Assembly: GCA_963706595.1 (NCBI GenBank)
Contig: OY970166.1
Coordinates: forward strand, 3,360,001-3,424,000
Reading direction: 5' to 3'
Length of the DNA stretch: 64,000 nt
From: an uncultured cyanobacterium
GTDB taxonomy: Bacteria; Cyanobacteriota; Cyanobacteriia; Cyanobacteriales; Nostocaceae
The notes under the pieces were generated by a model that worked only from the letters and a program-made list of their open reading frames with translations, had not been told where the DNA came from and did no database searches. Below, piece by piece: positions 52,999 through 64,000 of this stretch. A program made the position numbers and the translations under genes. Numbering within the stretch: position 1 is the stretch's first letter; each line of letters begins with the position of its first letter.

Positions 52999-53055
52999 AC
53001 ACAATAAATACTTATTAAATTTTCTCAATAAAAAATTACAAAATTCCCAGCAGAT

Positions 53056-53694
53056 TCAGCCCAATTTCCTCTGGCGTATAACTTCCTGCTCTTCTTCCCG
53101 ATTATCGGCAAAGTGCTTGTCCATAATTACAGGAACTTGTGTCGATGGAATACGACTATAGCGGGTTTTATCTGGCATCACTAAATTCGGACCAGCCTTG
53201 CAGTTTTTCATGCAGCCAGTACCTTTAATCGTCACTTGGTCTTCCAAACCGCGATGACTTAAAGCCGCCTCCAATGCTTGACAAACTGCTTTACCACCAC
53301 GTTTCATACAATCAGACTTTTGACACACCAAAATTGTGTGTTTATTCTTAGCTGATTTCGCCTTATTGCTATTCATTGCTGCGGGTTCCTGTACTGGGGT
53401 AGCAGTTGTGACTCTCCCACTCTCAGAACGTGCTGCCATCACACGCTCGGCTTTTAATGTAACTTTATCCTTTTTTATATCATGCTTTTTATAACCAACA
53501 ACTTGCAGCCAAGTTCCCGGCGCTACACGCAAGTCAAACGCCATGCGTAAATGTTTAGCGAGTTTAACATAGCATTCACCATCGGCAGTGCCTAATAACA
53601 AACCTTTGACCTTGTAACCATCTTTAATTACAAAATCGATCAACCTTCCTTCCAAGCAAAATTCTGAGATGTCTGTACTATAAGATGCACTCAT
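53056..53694 (-). CDS. Thioredoxin-like [2Fe-2S] ferredoxin domain protein
   Basis: CQKSDC...GCMKNCKAGPN. Confidence 0.85.
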   Translation of the reverse strand: MSASYSTDISEFCLEGRLIDFVIKDGYKVKGLLLGTADGECYVKLAKHLRMAFDLRVAPGTWLQVVGYKKHDIKKDKVTLKAERVMAARSESGRVTTATPVQEPAAMNSNKAKSAKNKHTILVCQKSDCMKRGGKAVCQALEAALSHRGLEDQVTIKGTGCMKNCKAGPNLVMPDKTRYSRIPSTQVPVIMDKHFADNREEEQEVIRQRKLG

Positions 53695-53750
53695 TTTCCT
53701 TAACCTCCTGTTAACTAACTCAGTCTGAATATCTGTTATACGTCAAAACT

Positions 53751-54014
53751 TCAAAACTTTCGGTAGCGACTCTTCCAGCAATCTTTAAGATGACAAATTA
53801 ACTCTTGTCGAGATGCTGTTAATTGCTGCGTTAGAGACCACAGTTGAACAACTGCTAAAGGGTGGTTAATTTCAACCTGCAATGGCTGGTTAGCCTCACA
53901 GCAACAGGGAATATCTAGCTCCTGTAAGCGTTTATAGACTTGCCATCGGTCAGACCAGTCCACCCCTACGCTGACAACGAAGTTTTTATTGATTTCTGAA
54001 CTTAACGATTTCAA
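53751..54014 (-). CDS. Asr1405/Asl0597-family small protein (TTG start inferred)
   Basis: DRWQVYKRLQELDIPC.C....L.V....QLWS....L..CW. Confidence 0.8.
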   Translation of the reverse strand: MKSLSSEINKNFVVSVGVDWSDRWQVYKRLQELDIPCCCEANQPLQVEINHPLAVVQLWSLTQQLTASRQELICHLKDCWKSRYRKF

Positions 54015-54239
54015 GCGACTAGCCCTCAACGTGCGACTAAATGGCAGTAAGTATTTTGTTTTGACCTCCTAATTCTGAGAATCTTTAGGAGTACCACCTC
54101 TTTAAACCAGCATACCTTAAGTGCAAACAATTCTCAGTTGGATCAATAAAAAATCTCAAAACTTTGTAATAATTTCTGGTTATGAATCGTGAAAGGAGGA
54201 GTAGGGAGTAGTACCGCAAGGCGGAAATCAAGCTATAAC

Positions 54240-55114
54240 CAAGGCTTTTTGGACTTGTGTGTACTGTAATTTCCCCTTGATTAAAGCTGGAAAACAAATT
54301 CCGGCTCCCTCTCCTTACCAAGGAGACGGTTGGGGTGAGGTTTTTTATGGCTTTCTCAAAAAGTTTTGTCGGATCTGTTGTCGCGTAGCGCAATGCACCA
54401 TCCTAGATTATCGGTGCGTTAGGACTAAAGTCCATAACACACCCTACCCAAATCAAAGGTTTTTGGACTTGTGTGTACTGTAATTTCCCCTTGATTAAAG
54501 CTGGAAAACAAATTCCGGCTCCCTCTCCTTACCAAGGAGAGGGTTGGGGTGAGGTTTTTTATGGCTTTCTCAAAAAGTTTTGTCGGGTCTGTTGTCGCGT
54601 AGCGCAATGCACCATCCTAGATTATCGGTGCGTTAGGACTAAAGTCCATAACACACCCTACCCAAATCAAAGGTTTTTGGACTTGTGTGTACTGTAATTT
54701 CCCCTTGATTAAAGCTGGAAAACAAATTCCGGCTCCCTCTCCTTACCAAGGAGAGGGTTGGGGTGAGGTTTTTTATGGCTTTCTCAAAAAGTTTTGTCGG
54801 GTCTGTTGTCGCGTAGCGCAACGCACCATCCTAGATTATCGGTGCGTTAGGACTAAAGTCCATAACGCACCCTACTGGCGTGACAAGGCTAAAATGTTGC
54901 AATAGATTTTTGAGAAAATCGAGATAAATCAATGTTTTCTGCTTTTTACCTAATGCACTATTTTAAGCTTGCCACGCTACTACCCAAATCAAAGGTTTTT
55001 GGACTTGTGTGTACTGTAATTTCCCCTTGATTAAAGCTGGAAAACAAATTCCGGCTCCCTCTCCTTAGTAAGGAGAGGGTTGGGGTGAGGTTTTTTATGG
55101 TTGTCTCAAAAAGT
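54240..55114. repeat. 214-bp composite tandem repeat: three full units and one partial
   Basis: GGACTTGTGTGTACTG at 54251, 54465, 54679 and 55001; units nearly identical. Confidence 0.95.
54876..54979. mobile_element. 104-bp MITE inserted in the tandem array, CTAC duplicated
   Basis: CTAC|TGGCGTGACAAGGCTAAAAT...ATTTTAAGCTTGCCACGCTA|CTAC. Confidence 0.75.
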
Positions 55115-55346
55115 GATCTGCTTGCATTTGGATATTTATAAACTAGTTTCAAATTATTCTCATTAGTAGAAAATAAACATGACATGATGGCAGTCCAAGC
55201 GTCTGACTAAAGAGGAAAAATTGCTATTTTGGACACAGAAAATCATAAATTATTAGATATTAATTAGGGTTGCATTTATTTTTTAAATGTTAATATGTAG
55301 AAGATGAGCATTTCAATGCCATCACTGTTAGAAAGCGAGGAGAACC

Positions 55347-55901
55347 ATGTCTGATACACAAACCTTATTACAAAACTTTGGTCAGGTTTATGACAATCCC
55401 GTATTGCTAGACCGCAGTGTAACTGCTCCAGTCACTGAAGGTTTTAACGTTGTATTAGCTAGCTTTCAAGCACTATACTTGCAATACCAAAAGCATCATT
55501 TTGTAGTGGAAGGTGCAGAATTTTACTCACTGCATGAGTTGTTTAGTGACCACTATGAGCAAGTACAAGATCATATCCATGAAATTGGCGAACGGTTAAA
55601 TGGACTGGGTGGTGTACCAGCTGCTAGTTTCAGCAAATTAGCAGAATTAACCTGTTTTGAACAAGAACCCGATGGCGTATATTCTTGCCGCCAAATGGTA
55701 GAAAATGACTTAGCCGCAGAACAAGCCATCATTAACGTGATTCGTCGTCAAGCTTCTCAGGCTGAGAGTTTGGGCGACCGGGGTACACGCCATCTTTATG
55801 AGCAAATTCTGATAAAAACAGAAGAAAGAGCTTACCATTTAGCTCACTTCCTCGCTAAAGATAGCCTAACTTTAGGATTTGTCCAACCTGCTCAAAATTA
55901 G
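55347..55901 (+). CDS. dpsA: Dps family protein (DpsA-type)
   Basis: [37 protein letters not shown]. Confidence 0.92.
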   Translation: MSDTQTLLQNFGQVYDNPVLLDRSVTAPVTEGFNVVLASFQALYLQYQKHHFVVEGAEFYSLHELFSDHYEQVQDHIHEIGERLNGLGGVPAASFSKLAELTCFEQEPDGVYSCRQMVENDLAAEQAIINVIRRQASQAESLGDRGTRHLYEQILIKTEERAYHLAHFLAKDSLTLGFVQPAQN

Positions 55902-55974
55902 TGCTTTGATAATTTCAATTTATTCAAGTCTATATTGAGGAAAGAGTTGGCAGACTTAAACCTTAAAAAAATCT

Positions 55975-56012
55975 AAAAATGGCAGGGGGATCTGACTACT
56001 CTCTGCCATTTT
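55975..56012 (+). terminator. Terminator after dps
   Basis: AAAAATGGCAG...CTGCCATTTTT. Confidence 0.65.
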
Positions 56013-56321
56013 TAATTTCAACTCTTTGCTGACTATGATGTACTAAATTAGCTTCCGTAAGTAGGCTTTTTGTAATTGGTTACTGCTGGTAAATTAAACA
56101 CAGCCTGAAATCAACTTGGTATAAATAAAAATAAGTGCCAAAAATATGCTCTCGGTCAGCAATAACAATTAGAAAATATTGGCAATTAGCTAGTAAGAAA
56201 ATATTTCTATTAAGTTAAAATCTGCAAATTAAACTGGTATTAAAATTGTGATCAGATAAATAGTTAATTATTTCATCATGTAGTTAGCTATTATTACAAA
56301 TATTGCCCATAAAAAAGCATA

Positions 56322-56503
56322 TATAGGAATCCGATTTGATTATTGAAAATATCTAAGTATATGTAGTATATGTAGGGTGTGTTATGGCTTTAGCCTAACG
56401 CACCGTCTTCTGGGTCTTGGTGCCGTACTCTCCTGGATAACACACCCTACGTGTGTTTCATAAATCAAATATGAGTGTCTACCACCGGCTGCGCCTACGC
56501 CTA
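56322..56503. mobile_element. MITE-like shell enclosing a GTAG REP doublet (56372-56450)
   Basis: TATAGGAATCCGATTTGATT vs AATCAAATATGAGT[..]CCTA; internal GTAGGGTGTGTT...AACACACCCTAC. Confidence 0.6.
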
Positions 56504-56655
56504 CCGCACTGATACACTATAGCTACGTTCCAGATGAGAAACAGGAAGGTCTGTGCTAACTCAAACTTGGAAAACTTAATAATAAATAATATGACCGAGG
56601 GTAAAGACCCTTAAAATAATCAGGATTTGTATTCTCTTACTCTAACCAAATTACT

Positions 56656-59600
56656 ATGCCCCGCCGTCAAGACATCCGTAAAATACTGCTGTTAGGCTCT
56701 GGTCCTATCGTCATCGGACAAGCCTGTGAGTTTGACTATTCTGGGACTCAAGCCTGTAAAGCGCTGCGAGAAGAAGGCTATGAAGTGGTGTTAATCAATT
56801 CTAATCCAGCCACGATTATGACCGATCCAGAAACGGCTGATCGTACTTATATTGAGCCGCTTACACCGGATTTCGTGGAGAAAGTCATTGCTAAAGAACG
56901 TCCTGATGCGCTGCTACCCACGATGGGAGGACAAACTGCGCTGAATTTGGCTGTAGCTTTGGCGAAAAATGGCGCACTAGATAAGTATAACGTTGAGTTA
57001 ATCGGCGCAAAGTTACCAGCGATAGAAAAAGCCGAAGATCGTAAACTGTTTAACGAGGCTATGGCTAAAATAGGCGTGGCTGTGTGTCCTAGTGGTACAG
57101 CTTCATCTTTAGCCGAATCCAAGGCGATCGCAGAACGCATTGGGACTTATCCTTTAATTATCCGTCCTGCCTTTACAATGGGTGGTACTGGTGGGGGTAT
57201 TGCCTACAACAAAGAAGAATTTGAAGAAATGGCACAGGTGGGTATTGATGCTAGCCCTGTTTCTCAAATTCTGATTGACCAATCTTTACTCGGTTGGAAA
57301 GAATACGAATTAGAAGTGATGCGCGATTTGGCAGATAACGTCGTGATTATCTGTTCTATCGAAAACATTGACCCTATGGGTATTCACACAGGCGACTCCA
57401 TTACAGTTGCTCCCGCCCAAACCCTGACTGATAAAGAATATCAGCGCCTGCGGGATATGGCGATTAAAATTATCCGCGAAATTGGGGTCGAAACTGGCGG
57501 TTCTAATATCCAATTTGCTGTAAATCCTGTGAATGGGGATGTGGTAGTCATTGAAATGAATCCTCGCGTTTCCCGCAGTTCGGCTTTGGCTTCTAAAGCA
57601 ACCGGTTTCCCCATTGCGAAAATTGCGGCGAAACTGGCTGTGGGTTATACCCTGGATGAAATTAAAAACGATATCACCAAGCAAACCCCTGCATCCTTTG
57701 AGCCGACTATTGACTATGTAGTTACCAAAATTCCCCGCTTCGCTTTTGAGAAGTTCCCTGGTTCTGATGCTGTGCTGACTACTCAAATGAAGTCGGTGGG
57801 TGAAGCAATGGCGATTGGGCGGACATTTAATGAATCTTTCCAAAAGGCTTTGCGTTCCTTAGAAACTGGTCGCGCTGGTTGGGGTTGCGACCAAGCCGAA
57901 AAATTACCCAGTGGTGAACAAATTCGCGCGCAACTGCGAACCCCTCATCCTGACCGAATTTTCTCGGTGCGTCATGCTTTACAACTGGGAATCAGTACTG
58001 AGGAAATCTACGAACTTACGGCGATTGATCCGTGGTTCTTGGATAAAATGCAGCAAATGCTGGATGTGGAAAAATTCTTGAAGCGGACTCCTTTAAAACA
58101 GTTGACAAAAGAGCAGCTTTATGAAGTCAAACGTGATGGTTTTAGCGATCGCCAAATAGCCTTTGCAACTAAAACCACCGAAGATGAAGTCCGCAGTTAC
58201 CGCAAAGAATTAGGCGTTATCCCCGTTTACAAAACTGTGGATACCTGCGCGGCGGAGTTTGAAGCTTTTACTCCGTATTATTACTCTACCTACGAAGACG
58301 AAACCGAAGTTTTACCGACCAGCAAACCCAAGGTGATGATTTTGGGCGGTGGTCCGAACCGCATTGGACAGGGTATTGAGTTTGACTATTGTTGTTGTCA
58401 CGCTGCTTATGCGTTGAAGAAGGCGGGATTTGAGACCATTATGGTTAACTCTAATCCTGAGACGGTTTCTACAGATTATGATACGAGCGATCGCCTCTAC
58501 TTCGAGCCGTTGACCAAAGAAGATGTGATCAACATTATCGAAGCCGAAAATCCTGTGGGGATAATTATTCAGTTTGGCGGACAAACACCCCTGAAATTGG
58601 CGGTTCCTTTAGAACAATTTCTCAATAATAATCCGTCTCTTCCTACGAAGATTTGGGGAACATCGCCAGATTCTATCGATATGGCGGAAAATCGGGAACG
58701 GTTTGAGAAGATTCTCAATCAGTTAAATATTGCTCAACCGCCTAATGGAATTGCTCGCAGTTACGAAGATGCGCTGATTGTGGCGAAACGCATTGGTTAT
58801 CCGGTGGTTGTGCGTCCTAGTTACGTGTTAGGCGGTCGGGCGATGGAAATCGTCTATTCTGACACAGAGTTGGAACGTTACATGACTTTTGCGGTGTTGG
58901 TAGAACCCGAACATCCAATTTTAATTGATAAGTTCTTGGAAAATGCCATCGAAGTTGATGTGGATGCGATCGCCGACCATACCGGAAGAGTAGTGATTGG
59001 TGGCATCATGGAACACATTGAGCAAGCGGGGATTCACTCAGGAGATTCGGCTTGTTCCTTACCGTCTATTTCTCTTTCTCCCGCAGTTCTGGCTCAAATC
59101 CGCACCTGGACTGTGCAGTTAGCCCAAGCCTTATCAGTTGTGGGATTGATGAATATTCAGTTTGCAGTTGTCGGCGCTCAAGGTTATTCTCCCCAAGTTT
59201 ATATTTTGGAAGCAAACCCCCGCGCCTCGCGCACAGTGCCTTTTGTATCTAAATCTACTGGTGTACCTTTGGCAAAAGTCGCATCTTTGATTATGTCGGG
59301 TAAAACTTTAGCAGAGCTTAACTTTACCGAAGAAGTGATTCCTTCGCATATTGCTGTCAAAGAAGCAGTATTACCGTTTAATAAATTCCCTGGAACTGAT
59401 ACAATCTTAGGACCAGAAATGCGCTCTACTGGTGAAGTGATGGGAATCGACAGCGACTTTGGGCGGGCGTTTGCTAAGGCGGAATTAGCTGCGGGTGAGT
59501 TTTTACCCCTCAAAGGTACTGTATTTGTCTCCATGAGCGATCGCGATAAATCTGATGCGGTGAATGTAGTTAAAGAATTGATCACATTAGGCTTTACGGT

Positions 59601-59922
59601 GATGGCGACATTAGGTACACGCCGTGTCCTGGAGGAAAACGGTTTAGATGTGGAGTTAGTGTTGAAACTTCATGAAGGTCGTCCCCATGTCCTTGATGCA
59701 ATTAAAAATCAGAAAATTCAACTGATTATTAACACACCTTCCGGGGAAGAAGCCCAAACAGATGCGAGATTAATCCGGCGCACAGCTTTAGCTTACAAAA
59801 TTCCCATTATTACTACTATCGCCGGAGCCAGAGCGACTGTAGCCGCTATCCATTCCCTACAAACTACTACTTTAGACGTAAAAGTTATCCAAGATTACTG
59901 CACCGTTTTGGAACTAGGTTAA
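56656..59922 (+). CDS. carB: Carbamoyl-phosphate synthase large subunit
   Basis: [43 protein letters not shown] domain. Confidence 0.98.
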   Translation: MPRRQDIRKILLLGSGPIVIGQACEFDYSGTQACKALREEGYEVVLINSNPATIMTDPETADRTYIEPLTPDFVEKVIAKERPDALLPTMGGQTALNLAVALAKNGALDKYNVELIGAKLPAIEKAEDRKLFNEAMAKIGVAVCPSGTASSLAESKAIAERIGTYPLIIRPAFTMGGTGGGIAYNKEEFEEMAQVGIDASPVSQILIDQSLLGWKEYELEVMRDLADNVVIICSIENIDPMGIHTGDSITVAPAQTLTDKEYQRLRDMAIKIIREIGVETGGSNIQFAVNPVNGDVVVIEMNPRVSRSSALASKATGFPIAKIAAKLAVGYTLDEIKNDITKQTPASFEPTIDYVVTKIPRFAFEKFPGSDAVLTTQMKSVGEAMAIGRTFNESFQKALRSLETGRAGWGCDQAEKLPSGEQIRAQLRTPHPDRIFSVRHALQLGISTEEIYELTAIDPWFLDKMQQMLDVEKFLKRTPLKQLTKEQLYEVKRDGFSDRQIAFATKTTEDEVRSYRKELGVIPVYKTVDTCAAEFEAFTPYYYSTYEDETEVLPTSKPKVMILGGGPNRIGQGIEFDYCCCHAAYALKKAGFETIMVNSNPETVSTDYDTSDRLYFEPLTKEDVINIIEAENPVGIIIQFGGQTPLKLAVPLEQFLNNNPSLPTKIWGTSPDSIDMAENRERFEKILNQLNIAQPPNGIARSYEDALIVAKRIGYPVVVRPSYVLGGRAMEIVYSDTELERYMTFAVLVEPEHPILIDKFLENAIEVDVDAIADHTGRVVIGGIMEHIEQAGIHSGDSACSLPSISLSPAVLAQIRTWTVQLAQALSVVGLMNIQFAVVGAQGYSPQVYILEANPRASRTVPFVSKSTGVPLAKVASLIMSGKTLAELNFTEEVIPSHIAVKEAVLPFNKFPGTDTILGPEMRSTGEVMGIDSDFGRAFAKAELAAGEFLPLKGTVFVSMSDRDKSDAVNVVKELITLGFTVMATLGTRRVLEENGLDVELVLKLHEGRPHVLDAIKNQKIQLIINTPSGEEAQTDARLIRRTALAYKIPIITTIAGARATVAAIHSLQTTTLDVKVIQDYCTVLELG

Positions 59923-60835
59923 AAGCTGGAAGAGTATGAGCAGACTTGGTTTTACTAGGTAAGCCGATGGTTATGGGGGAAATTATTCATAAAAAATTTC
60001 CCCCACTCTGCTTTACTTAATCTGCATTAAGTGGTATTTACAAGGAAAATTAAGCAATTATTATAGAAGCAGGATTATTGTTTCTATTGAGATATGTTAA
60101 GAAATATGAGGAATTATTTTTCTCTGTGTAAAGCAGCATCAAATCTGCTATGAGCATCATCTGCTCAAAAAGGGCGGTGTAAGTACCTTGGTAAAAGTAA
60201 GTGTCTTTTATTGAGAAGTTAGTAGTTGTCGCTCGATTTAATCTCAGTAATAAGACTGATTCTAGTCATGGGTAAAATAAATTATCATCTCTGTCTGTAA
60301 CGCAACCAGTCTTCAGGTGTGATCTGTGTAGGTTTGAGTAGCATAGAGCTATGTTATGAATTTGCAATAGGCGGCTAGATTGATCTTGTTAGCTGACTCG
60401 ATAGCGCTGATGCTGGCAAGTTGAAATAGTCAAAAAACAGGATATATAGTCACTATTTTTACATCTGTAAGAATATCTGCAAAATCCACTCCCCCTGTTT
60501 CGATTCATTATCTCAGCTGAAAAAGCCGAAAAAATCAGGGATCAGGTCTTTCCATTTTTTCTCATAAAGGTTACAATTATTAATAATCGAGAATACATAA
60601 ACTTTTTTGTTTATTACCTTTTATCTCACCTCCGGCACTTGTGAAACATGAAAAACCATTGCAGCGTCTAGCAATTAAGACCTTAAATTTGATTAATATA
60701 AGCAGCCGAGCATATCGGAGGCGTAAATTACAGACCTGAGTATGGGTTCTCAGTTTAACTGGGTAATACCCCCGTAGCAGCATCTATCAGTTAATGATCC
60801 CACCGTCAAATCCATCATTACCACAGAGTAGCGCC

Positions 60836-61792
60836 ATGAAGACCGCTCAGACAGCCACAGACCTCGTGCGGACTTACCTGCGTGAGATTGGCCGTGTGCC
60901 ACTCTTAACCCACGAGGAAGAAATTTGCTTTGGCAAACAGGTGCAATATTCCCGTATTTTGCATGAAGTCAGGGATTCTCTTGTCAACCAGCTGGATCGT
61001 CAACCGAGTCTAGAAGAGTGGGCCATAGCCGCAAATTTAGAAGTTGCACAGTTGAACGATGCGATCGCCGACGGTGAAATCGCGAAACGCAAGATGGTAG
61101 AAGCCAATTTGCGCCTAGTAGTATCCGTTGCCAAAAAGTATATTAAACGTAACGTCGATCTACTGGATTTGATTCAAGAAGGTAGTATCGGGATGCAACG
61201 GGGCGTAGAAAAATTTGACCCCACCAAGGGCTACAGATTTTCGACTTATGCTTATTGGTGGATACGTCAAGCCATCACCAGAGCGATCGCCGAAAAAGCT
61301 CGTACGATCAGATTACCAATTCACATTACGGAAAAACTAAATAAAATTAAAAAGGCACAGCGCCAGTTATCTCAGCAACTAGGACGCGCACCTTCGGCTG
61401 CTGAACTAGCGCAAGAACTAGAATTGACACCAAAACAGGTAAGAGAGTATCTAGAAAGAGCGCGTTTACCTCTATCTTTGGATTTGCGGTTGGGAGATAA
61501 CTACGACACCGAACTGGGAGAAATGTTGGAAGATCCAGGCGCTTCTCCCGAAGAATTTGTCATGCAATCGTCTTTATCTTATGACTTAGAGCGTCTGATG
61601 GACGAACTCACCCCGCAGCAAAAGGAAGTGCTAAAACTGCGCTTTGGGTTACTTGATGGACAGGCTCTAACTCTAGCAAAAATCGGTGATCTCCTGAACA
61701 TCAGCCGCGAACGAGTCCGGCAAATTGAACGGGAAGCCTTAACCAAACTTCGCAAGTCTAAAGCCAACATGAACGAATATTTAGCCAGTTAA
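60836..61792 (+). CDS. sigD: Group 2 sigma-70 factor, SigD-type
   Basis: [49 protein letters not shown]; SigD assignment from recalled similarity and dps-carB-sigD order. Confidence 0.8.
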   Translation: MKTAQTATDLVRTYLREIGRVPLLTHEEEICFGKQVQYSRILHEVRDSLVNQLDRQPSLEEWAIAANLEVAQLNDAIADGEIAKRKMVEANLRLVVSVAKKYIKRNVDLLDLIQEGSIGMQRGVEKFDPTKGYRFSTYAYWWIRQAITRAIAEKARTIRLPIHITEKLNKIKKAQRQLSQQLGRAPSAAELAQELELTPKQVREYLERARLPLSLDLRLGDNYDTELGEMLEDPGASPEEFVMQSSLSYDLERLMDELTPQQKEVLKLRFGLLDGQALTLAKIGDLLNISRERVRQIEREALTKLRKSKANMNEYLAS

Positions 61793-61795
61793 ACA

Positions 61796-61983
61796 GTAGA
61801 GACGCGATTCATCGCGTCTTCTTCCATCTTCTTCTATCCAGATTCATCGCGTCTTATTCCATCCAGATTCATCGCGTCTTCTTCCATCCAGATTCATCGC
61901 GTCTTCTTCCATCCAGATTCATCGCGTCCCATTCCATCGCGTCTTATTGCATCGCGTCTCATCGCGTCTCATCACGTCTCTAC
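61796..61983. repeat. GTAGAGACGCGAT hairpin with its right arm iterated nine times
   Basis: ATCGCGTC at 61811, 61846, 61871, 61896, 61921, 61936, 61951, 61961 and ATCACGTC at 61971. Confidence 0.9.
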
Positions 61984-62193
61984 AAGAAATGCTGATCCCA
62001 AAGCAATACTGTGTTCAGAGGAGAAAATACGCTACTTGAGGTACGGTTCCACCGACTTCAAAGTATGAATGAGGCTGTTACATTAATTGAGAGGAACAGT
62101 TTATAGCCAGTTAAATTTCGTAAAAAACTGGTATTCACTATTCAAGTTGCAAACACTACACTACGCTAGTAGTGATAGTACAGGAGGTACAAC

Positions 62194-62538
62194 ATGAGTA
62201 ACAAATCCAATAGAGTCTCAGAATTCTTTAACGGCGAGTCAGAAACAAGTAACTTGCTATGGCAATACGTTAAATCCCTGAGTCCGGACGCAGTTACCCA
62301 GCTATCCAAACCTACTTCTTCCGAAGTTTTTCAGGTAATGGAGCGCAACATCATCGGATTATTAGGTAACTTACCTTCAGAACACTTCGATATCACCGTC
62401 ACCACCAGCCGGGAAAGTCTTGGTCAGCTACTCGCTTCCGCCATGATTAGTGGTTATTTTCTGCGGAACGCCGAACAGAGAATGAATTTTGAAGCTGTTT
62501 TACAAGGAACCGAAAATAATCATCACGAAATTGACTAA
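62194..62538 (+). CDS. DUF760 family protein
   Basis: NLLWQYVKSL, GLLGNLP, LLASAMISGYFLRNAEQR. Confidence 0.88.
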   Translation: MSNKSNRVSEFFNGESETSNLLWQYVKSLSPDAVTQLSKPTSSEVFQVMERNIIGLLGNLPSEHFDITVTTSRESLGQLLASAMISGYFLRNAEQRMNFEAVLQGTENNHHEID

Positions 62539-62724
62539 CAATTTCAAATTTTCGCGAAAAAATTCTACATTCTTGGGTTTATTTTCGTTACAGTCATGAA
62601 TAAACCCATTAGACTTAACTTCATGGGGAATTTTTATTACATAATTTTCCTAATCATAAATGCAACCTCGGCAGAGACTCAGTTTCCTTTGCCGAATTTG
62701 CTATAGCTTAGTTTTTAGGTTTAT

Positions 62725-63258
62725 ATGAGTGCAACTAGTTCTTTTCTACCTCACAAAATTATTGGTGTGGCTGTAATTTGGAACGACCACGAGCAAATTT
62801 TAATTGATCGTCGTCTTCCAAAAGGTGAAATGGGTGGTTTATGGGAATTTCCCGGTGGCAAAATTGAGCTTGGTGAAACCATCGAAGAGTGTATTCAACG
62901 GGAAATTCAAGAAGAACTAGCAATAGAAATTGAAGTAGGAAAGCATTTGATCACCATTGATCATACTTACACTCACTTGCGCGTCACTCTGACTGTGCAT
63001 CACTGTCGTCTGATTACAGGTATTCCTCAACCCATAGAATGCGATGAAATTTGCTGGGTAAATTTGGATGATTTGGAGAAGTTTACTTTTCCCGCAGCTA
63101 ATAGTCAAATTATCGCCGCATTGAAACGGGGAATGGGGAGTGGGGAGTGGGGAGTAGGGGGGGAAGAGGAAGGGGAGCAGGGAGCAGGGAGCAGGGAGCA
63201 GGGAGCAGGGGAGCAGGGAGCAGGGAGCAGGGGCGAGAAGACGGTAACTTCCCAATAA
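62725..63258 (+). CDS. mutT: 8-oxo-dGTP diphosphatase with STRR-derived C-terminal tail
   Basis: WEFPGGKIE.GET..ECIQREIQEEL, FPAAN. Confidence 0.9.
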   Translation: MSATSSFLPHKIIGVAVIWNDHEQILIDRRLPKGEMGGLWEFPGGKIELGETIEECIQREIQEELAIEIEVGKHLITIDHTYTHLRVTLTVHHCRLITGIPQPIECDEICWVNLDDLEKFTFPAANSQIIAALKRGMGSGEWGVGGEEEGEQGAGSREQGAGEQGAGSRGEKTVTSQ

Positions 63259-63330
63259 CCAATAACTAATGACCAATGACTAATGACTAATGACTAATGA
63301 CCAATAACTAATGACTAATGACTAATGACC
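63128..63330 (+). repeat. Ordered composite STRR cassette
   Basis: (GGGGAGT)n-GAAGAGG-(CAGGGAG)n-AACTTCCCA-(AATRACY)n. Confidence 0.9.
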
Positions 63331-63425
63331 GAAAATCACGTAACAATGTATTAACTGAATCAGGTTGAGTCCCGCAATTTTCTACAATGGTTGGAGAGAC
63401 TTTGATCAAGGGTGTCAGCAAGCAA

Positions 63426-63884
63426 ATGCCTAAAACCGTTACCGACGTGATGACCCGTGACCCAATTGTGTTGCGGACTGAAACTCCACTCAAGGAAGCT
63501 ATCCAAATTCTGGCAGAAAAACGCATCAGTGGTATACCTGTTGTGGATGATGTCGGTAAATTGGTGGGCATTATTTCAGAAACAGATTTAATGTGGCAAG
63601 AAACAGGTGTAACTCCTCCGGCGTACATCATGTTTCTTGATAGCGTGATCTATTTACAAAATCCTGCTACTTACGAACGCGAATTACACAAAGCCTTGGG
63701 TCAAACTGTGGGCGAGGTAATGAGCAAAAATCCTATAACTATTTCTCCAGAAAAAACTGTAAAAGAAGCGGCTCAATTGATGCACGATCGCAGTATTCAC
63801 CGCTTACCTGTAATTGACAGCGAGAGTCAAGTGGTTGGTATCCTTACCCGTGGTGATATTGTTCGGGCAATGGCTGCTAGTTAA
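63426..63884 (+). CDS. CBS domain-pair protein
   Basis: ISGIPVVD..GIISETD; RLPVID..GILTRGD. Confidence 0.92.
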   Translation: MPKTVTDVMTRDPIVLRTETPLKEAIQILAEKRISGIPVVDDVGKLVGIISETDLMWQETGVTPPAYIMFLDSVIYLQNPATYERELHKALGQTVGEVMSKNPITISPEKTVKEAAQLMHDRSIHRLPVIDSESQVVGILTRGDIVRAMAAS

Positions 63885-63974
63885 TATTGGTCATTAGTCA
63901 AGAGCTTTTTTACTGAAGTTTTTGACTATTGAAGATTTAGTTTTTTAAACAATTTTGAAATTTAGGACAAATAA

Positions 63975-64000
63975 ATGAGTATTACTCCTGAGTCGGTAAA
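63975..64000 (+). CDS. Start of a gene running off the window, possibly an NblB-like HEAT-repeat protein
   Basis: AGGA SD then MSITPESV; only 8 codons visible. Confidence 0.4.

Noticed and set aside
54240..55114. CRISPR array, or real genes among the repeated 60-100 aa ORFs
   Set aside because: Units are identical end to end with no unique spacers and no cas genes; the ORFs are translations of repeat DNA.
55148..55166. Fur box upstream of dps (AAATTATTCTCATTA)
   Set aside because: Plausible by context but too degenerate to support from sequence alone.
60570..60587. HLR1 (RpaB) site upstream of sigD, and similar at 21966-21983
   Set aside because: Only one good half-site in AT-rich DNA; cannot be told from chance.
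61796..61983. Mini CRISPR
   Set aside because: The repeat core is about 10 bp and the intervening sequences are repeated, not unique.

Overview
Core-chromosome segment of a heterocyst-forming (Nostocales-type) cyanobacterium. This is inferred from dense HIP1 (GCGATCGC) sites, heptamer STRR repeats, split rpoC2, cphBA, flavodiiron genes and a phycobiliprotein lyase. Gene order: 3' part of rpoC2; three tandem Ser/Thr kinases; rplS-trnW-secE-nusG-rplKAJL (minus strand); GT2 glycosyltransferase; sensor kinase; RND efflux pair; CpcS-family lyase; flv3/flv1 with a DUF559 nuclease between them; coaX; argH; larB; peptide ABC binding protein; trmD-ispF; cphB-cphA; tatA next to a tnpB remnant; cbiT-cdsA; malQ; two pentapeptide-RidA fusions; dps; carB; sigD; mutT; CBS protein. 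No CRISPR array or prophage is evident. The most interesting signal is the set of small repeats. An intact DUF559 (Vsr-like) nuclease gene is bracketed by inverted copies of a GC-rich hairpin that is also dispersed across the window, a REPtron-like architecture. Three hairpins show iterated 'stuttered' arms, several MITE shells carry REP-like cargo, and a 214-bp composite tandem array is interrupted by a MITE. Also seen: two tandem gene duplications with domain swapping, each beginning at a short repeat; a +2 frameshift in rplK at a palindrome; and two genes missed by the ORF track (tatA and a 54-aa basic protein). All calls come from reading the sequence; no database search was run.
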